Assembly: GCA_964446585.1 (NCBI GenBank)
Contig: CAYUPI010000002.1
Span: 40,950 to 104,949, forward strand
From: an uncultured Verrucomicrobiota bacterium
GTDB lineage: Bacteria; Verrucomicrobiota; Verrucomicrobiia; Limisphaerales; UBA8199
Direction of reading: 5' to 3'
Length of the DNA stretch: 64,000 bases
Part shown: positions 57,878 to 64,000 of the stretch, piece by piece
How the letters are laid out: every line of letters begins with the position of its first letter
Numbering within the stretch: the first letter of the stretch is position 1
The notes under the pieces: generated by a model
The model's database searches: none
Told to the model about the DNA's origin: nothing
Seen by the model: the letters and a program-made list of their open reading frames with translations, nothing else
Position numbers and translations under genes: made by a program

Positions 57878-59260
57878 ATGGCGCTGCTGATCAAAAACGG
57901 CTTAATCATCACCGCCAACGAGTCTTACGTTGCGGACATCTTCTGCGAAAACGAAACCATCATCCGCATCGGCGCGAAGCTAACTGCCCCACCCGGCGCG
58001 GAAGTGATTGACGCCACAGGCAAATTCGTCTTTCCGGGCTTCATCGATCCCCACGTCCATATTTACCTGCCGTTCATGGGCACATTTGCCAAGGACACTC
58101 ACGAAACAGCCAGCAAGGCGGCGCTGGTCGGCGGCACGACGACTCTGATCGAAATGATTTGCCCCGCCCGCGCCGATGATCCCATGGAGGCATTCGAATT
58201 GTGGCTCGGGAAAGCTCGGGGCCGCAGCGCCTGCGATTTCACCTTTCATATGGGCGTCACGCGTTATGACGCCGGGACCGAAAAGCAATTCGCCGAAATC
58301 GTCAAACGCGGTGTCAGCAGTTTTAAGATCTTCCTCGCGTACAAGGGCGCCTTTGGCGTTACGGACGAGGAGCTGTATCAAACGCTGCGACTGGCCAAAA
58401 AGCTCGGTGTGATTACGTCGGCGCACTGCGAGAATGCCGATATCGTCCTGGAATTGCAGAAGAAACTTCTCGCCGAAGGAAAGACCGGCCCGGAATGGCA
58501 CCATGAAAGCCGCCCGCCGCTGGTCGAGGCTGAAGGCGTCCACCATCTGATGACTTTCGCCGACATGCACGATGCCCACGTGTACATCGTCCACCTGAGT
58601 TGTGATGAGGCCCTGCGGGAAGCGTTGGCTGGCAGGTACCGCGGTGTCAAGGTCTGGGTTGAGACGCTCATTCAATATTTGCTTCTCGACAAGACGCACG
58701 CCGAACTGCCCAATTTCGAAGGAGCCAAGTTCGTCATGTCCCCTCCCATTCGTGACCGGCGTAACCAGGCGGTTCTGTGGAACGGGCTGAGCCAGGGCCT
58801 CGTAAGCACGTTGGCGACCGACCATGCGCCCTTCGACTTCGCCACGCAGAAGCCGATGGGCAAAGATGATTTCACCAAAATCCCAAATGGCATCCCCTCA
58901 CTCGAAGATCGGGTCAACGTGTTTTACACCTACGGCGTGAAGCGAGGGCGCATCGATAAGCACCGCTTTGTTGACGCCGCCAGCACGCAGGCTGCGAAGT
59001 TGTTCGGCCTCTTCCCCCGGAAAGGGACAATTCAGCTCGGCAGCGACGCCGACCTTGTCGTTTATGACCCGAACTATCGCGCCACGATTTCGGCCAAGAC
59101 GCAGACCATGAACGTTGACTACAATCCATTTGAAGGTCTGGCGATCGAGGGCCGGCCGCACGTCGTGACTGTCCGCGGACAAGTGGCGGTTCGGGACGGC
59201 AAATTTGTCGGCCAGGTTGGGCGAGGCCGATTTCTAGAGCGGGAGCCCAACCATTTCTGA
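57878..59260 (+). CDS. Dihydropyrimidinase/D-hydantoinase family cyclic amidohydrolase
   Basis: Metal ligands FPGFIDPHVH, KIFLAYKG (carboxylated Lys), SAHCEN and TDHAPF. Confidence 0.85.
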   Translation: MALLIKNGLIITANESYVADIFCENETIIRIGAKLTAPPGAEVIDATGKFVFPGFIDPHVHIYLPFMGTFAKDTHETASKAALVGGTTTLIEMICPARADDPMEAFELWLGKARGRSACDFTFHMGVTRYDAGTEKQFAEIVKRGVSSFKIFLAYKGAFGVTDEELYQTLRLAKKLGVITSAHCENADIVLELQKKLLAEGKTGPEWHHESRPPLVEAEGVHHLMTFADMHDAHVYIVHLSCDEALREALAGRYRGVKVWVETLIQYLLLDKTHAELPNFEGAKFVMSPPIRDRRNQAVLWNGLSQGLVSTLATDHAPFDFATQKPMGKDDFTKIPNGIPSLEDRVNVFYTYGVKRGRIDKHRFVDAASTQAAKLFGLFPRKGTIQLGSDADLVVYDPNYRATISAKTQTMNVDYNPFEGLAIEGRPHVVTVRGQVAVRDGKFVGQVGRGRFLEREPNHF

Positions 59261-59413
59261 CTGGCACGGGCCCATCACCCGACATTGAGCATTTCAGCGA
59301 CGCAACGCGCGGACATTGCTCCGATGGCGTCTCCAAGTCCGGCAGATTTCCCCCTGATTCGTTGCGAGTTCTCAGAGTCGCCAGCATTCCATACTATTGA
59401 TGCACAATAAGTT

Positions 59414-59923
59414 GTGCTGGTTTGGAAGCTCCGTCTGATTCCCAGACCGTGCTTGATGTATTGGCTCATAGTTGGAACCGAATTTGCTGTTTTCCACGAT
59501 ATGAACCGCATCTGCGTAACAGTTCCGTCGGCCGGGCAACAGACCCCGGCGGTCATGACTATTGAAAACACGACGGAGGCTCCGGCCTCTCCAAGGCGTG
59601 GCTCAGTTTTCCAACCTATTGCGCTGGCGGTTTGGCTTGTTGTGGGCGGAGCGCTCACCTGGCTGGTATCAGATTTCAACCGGACCTACGGACATCAGGC
59701 CGCCGGGGTGCCTCCCTGGTGTATTTTTGGGTTGTTTCTTGTTTCCACCGTTCTGGTTTGTTGGGTTTCGAGCCGCCCTGGTGCTCAACCTGCAGCCAAA
59801 CCCGCAAGTCGCCCAGGCCGAAGCGCGAGCCTCGCACCGCCCTCAGAGTCCTCGGATGTCGAATTCGGGGCTCCGCGCTTAACCGTCCGGTGGGCACCAA
59901 AACAGCGCCCAAGTTCCCTCTGA
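59414..59923 (+). CDS. Hypothetical membrane protein (weak)
   Basis: Two TM helices. The start is uncertain. Confidence 0.3.
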   Translation: MLVWKLRLIPRPCLMYWLIVGTEFAVFHDMNRICVTVPSAGQQTPAVMTIENTTEAPASPRRGSVFQPIALAVWLVVGGALTWLVSDFNRTYGHQAAGVPPWCIFGLFLVSTVLVCWVSSRPGAQPAAKPASRPGRSASLAPPSESSDVEFGAPRLTVRWAPKQRPSSL

Positions 59924-59924
59924 T

Positions 59925-60329
59925 TTGAAGCTTGATCTGGCTTCCCCTGACGTTAGAATCGAGCGTCTGAAAACCCTGATTCTGTTCTCGTCGCTCGCCG
60001 TGCTCTCGGCTGCCCTGCTCTGCGGCTGTGGCAAGGGGAGCAGCGGGGGCGACTCTGCCGACCAGAAGGCTTTTGACAGCGCATCCCCGGAACTAAAGGA
60101 ACTCTGGGCTCAGTCGCAAGCTGCCGCCGGCACGAACGACTTCGTAGCTGCCGTCATGCCGCTTCGCTCGATGCTGACGCGGAACTTGTCTGAGCAACAG
60201 ATGCAAGCCGTTCAAACTGCTCTAGGAAATCTTGATGCGAAACTGATGAGAGCGGCCAGCCGCGGCGATCCCGCAGCACAAAAAGCACTCGAAATGCTTC
60301 GCTCTCCTGACGCGCAGGTCGGACGCTGA
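59925..60329 (+). CDS. Hypothetical lipoprotein, tandem paralog 1
   Basis: Lipobox LLCGC. Shares KAFDSASPELKE-W-QAQAA-GTND and RGDPAAQKALE-LR-P with the next ORF. Confidence 0.55.
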   Translation: MKLDLASPDVRIERLKTLILFSSLAVLSAALLCGCGKGSSGGDSADQKAFDSASPELKELWAQSQAAAGTNDFVAAVMPLRSMLTRNLSEQQMQAVQTALGNLDAKLMRAASRGDPAAQKALEMLRSPDAQVGR

Positions 60330-60376
60330 GGCTGGACATCGCAAAATTCCAGGCTTCGGGAAATGGAGCTAAAGGC

Positions 60377-60832
60377 TTGCAGATTTTCCAAATCCGTGGT
60401 TGTGAAGGCCCGACCGCTCCTTCTCATTTCCCGCTTGAAATAGTTTCGCGGCGATTCACTATCAGGTATTTGAAAAGCCTGATGCTGTATGCCTCGCTCG
60501 CGGCGGTCTCGACTGCACTGTTCTGCGGATGCGGTCCGGGAAGTCCCAGGGTCAGCCCCACCGACCTCAAAGCGTTTGACAGTGCTTCTCCAGAGTTGAA
60601 GGAACGCTGGATGCAGGCTCAAGCCGCCTGCGGGACGAACGATTATGTTCAAGGCATTCTGGCTTTACGCTCGCTGATGCCGCTCAATCTCTCCTCAGAA
60701 CAGCGCAAGGCCGTCGAGAATGCCATAAGCGCCTGCGATGCAAAGCTGATGAAAGCGGTCGAGCGGGGCGATCCCGCGGCGCAAAAAGCTCTGGAAGCGC
60801 TTCGGGCGCCGGGCACGCAATTTGGGCATTGA
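60377..60832 (+). CDS. Hypothetical lipoprotein, tandem paralog 2
   Basis: Lipobox LFCGC. About 55% identical to 59925..60329 over the mature part. Confidence 0.55.
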   Translation: MQIFQIRGCEGPTAPSHFPLEIVSRRFTIRYLKSLMLYASLAAVSTALFCGCGPGSPRVSPTDLKAFDSASPELKERWMQAQAACGTNDYVQGILALRSLMPLNLSSEQRKAVENAISACDAKLMKAVERGDPAAQKALEALRAPGTQFGH

Positions 60833-61009
60833 GGCGCGCAAACTCATGTCAAAAATCTACCCGCTTTGTCCCAGTCTGGAAATCGTGGCGAAGCCAGGCT
60901 TCATCGATGCTCCGGCGCGAGGCAGGATAGGACTGGTGTTCCGGCCTCGACCCATGTATAGTTTGGGAGCCCCCTGTGCGGACGAGGGGAGCGCCAAACC
61001 CTGAGAATT

Positions 61010-61810
61010 ATGAAACCGTTGCAATCAAGGGCTCGCGATATTGCGCCGGCGCAGGCGCGGCGCACCCCCGGATTCACATTAATCGAGTTGCTGGTTGTCA
61101 TTGCCATCATCGCCATCCTCGCCTCGATGTTGCTCCCGGCTTTGGGGCAGGCCAAAGAGAAGGCATGCCGTACCGGCTGCGTGAACAATTTCCGTCAGTT
61201 GGGTCTGGCGATGATTATGTACACCAGCGATAACAACGATAAGATGCCTTGGATGCAGTGGCATAATAATTACGGCCCGAGTTGGCTCTACATGCCCAAG
61301 GCGGGTAATGCGCCCGACCCATTCAAGTTGGTCAATGGCGTGCTTGAGGACAACACAAACGATTTTCCTTATATTGAGCAGGGTCTTTATTTCCCTTACG
61401 TCAGCAGGAATCGAAATGTATATTATTGCTGTGCTGACAAGAAGAGTAACGATAACTTCAAACGTCGAATTCAGCGTGTTTCCAGTTACATTATGAATGG
61501 GGCCGTTTGGAATTTCACTGACTTCAACCCGCGCAATCAGCACAAGCTGAGCGACTTTAAACCCGCCGCGTACTGCCAATGGGAACCGAAGGTGACCAAT
61601 TTTGGAGGCTACTACGGCTACAATTCAGGCCTGGATGCCAGCCAATATCCCGCGGGAGAGGAGGGGATTGGGGATCGTCATTTCAAGGGCGCAATCGTGA
61701 TGGGCTTCGATACTCGAACTCACTTTATTACGAAAAAGCAATATGACGTTGAGGGCCAAAACATGCCGGGCCTGCTCTGGTGCGTCCCAAACAGCCCGAC
61801 CGGCAGGTAA
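61010..61810 (+). CDS. Prepilin-type N-terminal cleavage/methylation domain protein with H-X9-DG (DUF1559-like) domain
   Basis: [25 protein letters not shown] prepilin leader and TM. Confidence 0.85.
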   Translation: MKPLQSRARDIAPAQARRTPGFTLIELLVVIAIIAILASMLLPALGQAKEKACRTGCVNNFRQLGLAMIMYTSDNNDKMPWMQWHNNYGPSWLYMPKAGNAPDPFKLVNGVLEDNTNDFPYIEQGLYFPYVSRNRNVYYCCADKKSNDNFKRRIQRVSSYIMNGAVWNFTDFNPRNQHKLSDFKPAAYCQWEPKVTNFGGYYGYNSGLDASQYPAGEEGIGDRHFKGAIVMGFDTRTHFITKKQYDVEGQNMPGLLWCVPNSPTGR

Positions 61811-61904
61811 CCAGAGGCCAAAGGCCAACCTCTGTCGGTGACGTGGACGGGCCACTCAATTCCGGAACAGCGATGCTGTTCAGCTTCATCTACCTTCATC
61901 TAAT

Positions 61905-63311
61905 ATGGATACCAAAACACAAAACGATTCGGCCGCTCCTTCCCTGACAAACACGATTCCCACGGTTTCGTTTTCCCATCAACGTACCGCGGCGGCGGAA
62001 CGGCAGCAGGCCTATCCGTACCGATTCCCACGTGACCGACGCCAGTTAGGTGGCAAGTACACTGTCGCCGAAAACGCGCGGCGGCTACTACGGTTTTTTT
62101 ATTTTGAACGCCGTTTGATGCAAGCGCTCGGCGCCTGGACGTTGTCGATCCCCGAGTTTGAAGTAAAGCTGGAGACGGGCCGGCACATTTTTTATCACGC
62201 GGACGCCGCGCGCCTGCTGCGGGAGCGGCTAAACGAGCAGGAAATGCGTTTGAAGGACATTGACAGCTTCCGCGATGCGGAAATAGACCGCTTCATAGAG
62301 GAGCTGCTCAGTGCGGAATCCGCGAGCGAGTTGTTGGTAGGGATGCATCAGGTCATCGGCCGGGCGCTGGCGATGGCCTATCGTCATCACATTGATGACA
62401 CTGATCCTGTTACAGATGCGCCGACTGTCCGCTGCCTCCGGCGCATATTGGACGACTACGTGCCGATGCTGGACTGGGCTGAAGGTGCCATCGCTGCTTA
62501 CATCGAAGGTGGCTCATCTGAGCCTGGATTGGCCGTTTGGCGCTGGCACTTGCAGCGCTTGCTCGCGTCAATTGGCGGCGTGACCGGCAGTGATGCCCGC
62601 GCCCAGGTGCCCGCTCCATTGCGAAGCGATTCCAAGCCATTCGTTCGCGGCACCGTACCGCTTCGGGACGTCCGCTTCGACACGTTCAAGAACACCGGCG
62701 ACTACGACACGGCCGATGCGCAAGAGCGTTTTCCGAAGGATTCATATGAAAATTTGCGGCTGCGGTTCATCCGCACGCAGCGGGACGAAGTCGATGCGAT
62801 CGAGGCCTTTGGCACGTTCATCTGGGACATCCGGTTCAAAGATTTCCAATCCGAGTATAACCTGGCCCGGATCACCTGGGACGAGACGCGCCATACGGAA
62901 ATTGGGCATCGGGCGCTTCTGGCGTGCGGTTACGACCCTTTCGAACTGCGAAACAGGCTGACTGGTTCGACCTGTCGCGGGCCGATGGAGCCGGCATTTG
63001 CGATGGCCGAGATCAATTTGTTCGGCGAAGTCGGTGTGTTGAAAACCATCAACAATCTGATCGACACCGCCGCCGAGCGGAATGATATTCTCTTGCATCA
63101 CATTGCCGATTTCATCCGCTCCGACGAGCGCACCCACGTGCGGAAGGGCGCGGGCATTATCAAGGTGATGACCAGCCTGGAAGCCAAGGCTCTCGAGGAA
63201 CGCACTCGGGAGCTCTTCACCGAATGTCTCGTGAGCCTCGGCGCATTCAAGAAGGACATGGACGTCTTCACCGTCTCACGAGACGATCTGGAGCATCTCG
63301 TCGGCGAGTAG
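61905..63311 (+). CDS. Hypothetical protein (possibly ferritin-like/DUF455-like)
   Basis: 468 aa with codon usage typical of this genome. No firm motif. Confidence 0.45.
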   Translation: MDTKTQNDSAAPSLTNTIPTVSFSHQRTAAAERQQAYPYRFPRDRRQLGGKYTVAENARRLLRFFYFERRLMQALGAWTLSIPEFEVKLETGRHIFYHADAARLLRERLNEQEMRLKDIDSFRDAEIDRFIEELLSAESASELLVGMHQVIGRALAMAYRHHIDDTDPVTDAPTVRCLRRILDDYVPMLDWAEGAIAAYIEGGSSEPGLAVWRWHLQRLLASIGGVTGSDARAQVPAPLRSDSKPFVRGTVPLRDVRFDTFKNTGDYDTADAQERFPKDSYENLRLRFIRTQRDEVDAIEAFGTFIWDIRFKDFQSEYNLARITWDETRHTEIGHRALLACGYDPFELRNRLTGSTCRGPMEPAFAMAEINLFGEVGVLKTINNLIDTAAERNDILLHHIADFIRSDERTHVRKGAGIIKVMTSLEAKALEERTRELFTECLVSLGAFKKDMDVFTVSRDDLEHLVGE

Positions 63312-63353
63312 CCCCGTCGGCTCGTTACCGCGGCCCGTGATCGTCCGCGCTGT

Positions 63354-63992
63354 CTATCTCACCCTTACACGGAAAAACCTTTGAGGCGCCGTTGGGCTAA
63401 CGGAATAAGGAGAAGTGGCGGCGATGATGTCGCTGTACTGTCCAGTTGCCTGATTAGCCGATTGGAGAATACCCCCCGGCCAACTCAGTTGCAATTGCGA
63501 GCCCGAATACTGAACGCTGATGGTGACGGGCGGTGGGGCAGCGCTTCCGACGTCGAACGAAAGGCTCTGGCCGTAGTGTCCAGACCCATCATCGGCCCTT
63601 AGACTCACGTTGGTCGCCGTCTGGAGCACGGCGATGTTGCCGGACCAGTAGCCGCCCGCGAAGTTGCCCGAAGCCGTTGGGCTGATCGGCGCGGCGACCA
63701 TTGCGCTTTCGGAATATCGAAGATCCACGTACACCCACATGGTTAGGTTGGCTCCATTGGGGAACCCATCTCCTGGATACCCGTATCCCTGGTCGATGGT
63801 CCCGAACGCGAACGTCCCAGCCAAGTCGTTCCTCCAGTAGTAGGAGCCACCCCCGGAGTAAGCCGCGACACGATACCTGGTGCTGGCTGAAAGTTGAATT
63901 GGAGCTGCCAGGGGCGTTTCCACCCATGTGCCCGGAACACTGGTAACATTCTGGCTCGCCACCAAAACACCCGAATCGGTCCAGATCGACAC
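63354..63992 (-). CDS. Secreted hypothetical protein, C-terminal part (gene probably continues past the window end)
   Basis: ORF open to near the window end. Gly/Tyr/Ser-rich beta-sandwich-like sequence. Confidence 0.45.
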   Translation of the reverse strand: MSIWTDSGVLVASQNVTSVPGTWVETPLAAPIQLSASTRYRVAAYSGGGSYYWRNDLAGTFAFGTIDQGYGYPGDGFPNGANLTMWVYVDLRYSESAMVAAPISPTASGNFAGGYWSGNIAVLQTATNVSLRADDGSGHYGQSLSFDVGSAAPPPVTISVQYSGSQLQLSWPGGILQSANQATGQYSDIIAATSPYSVSPTAPQRFFRVRVR

Positions 63993-64000
63993 TTTGGTCC

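Overview
This is a 64 kb chromosomal window at about 60% GC from a PVC-superphylum bacterium (Verrucomicrobia/Planctomycetes type). That assignment is an inference from gene content: a DUF1501/DUF1800 gene pair, an H-X9-DG prepilin-type protein, TAT-signal Gfo/Idh/MocA oxidoreductases, a sulfatase and an RRM RNA-binding protein. Most of the window is housekeeping and carbohydrate-catabolism genes, plus one tRNA-Pro. The most interesting region is 12.29-16.0 kb. There, eight small promoterless hypothetical ORFs plus a VOC gene lie on the minus strand, and each is followed by a 57-97 bp imperfect inverted-repeat site with the integron attC architecture. That architecture is an AAC-type R'' box, a 5-6 nt spacer, an L'' box, a variable centre, an L' box with 1-2 unpaired bases, a 5-6 nt spacer and a GTT-type R' box. 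ORF stop codons overlap the R'' boxes and the next ORF starts 7-13 nt after each R'. Three of the sites are about 85% identical, as in sedentary chromosomal integrons. No integron integrase is present in the window, so this is a candidate CALIN or decayed chromosomal integron. Other findings: a second palindromic repeat family with (TTTTGGA)n loops, a 26-bp perfect inverted repeat, a conserved roughly 40-nt motif upstream of two unrelated genes, a giant PA14/CHRD/DUF1800 fusion protein, an internally duplicated DUF3857/transglutaminase protein with a decayed second active site, and a gcvT-gcvH-glutaredoxin-lipA operon. All calls come from manual reading of the sequence and ORF track, with no database searches. 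My nucleotide indexing disagrees with the ORF-track coordinates by 1 nt at two places I checked (12622 and 15523), so motif coordinates from my reading are probably good to 1-2 nt.
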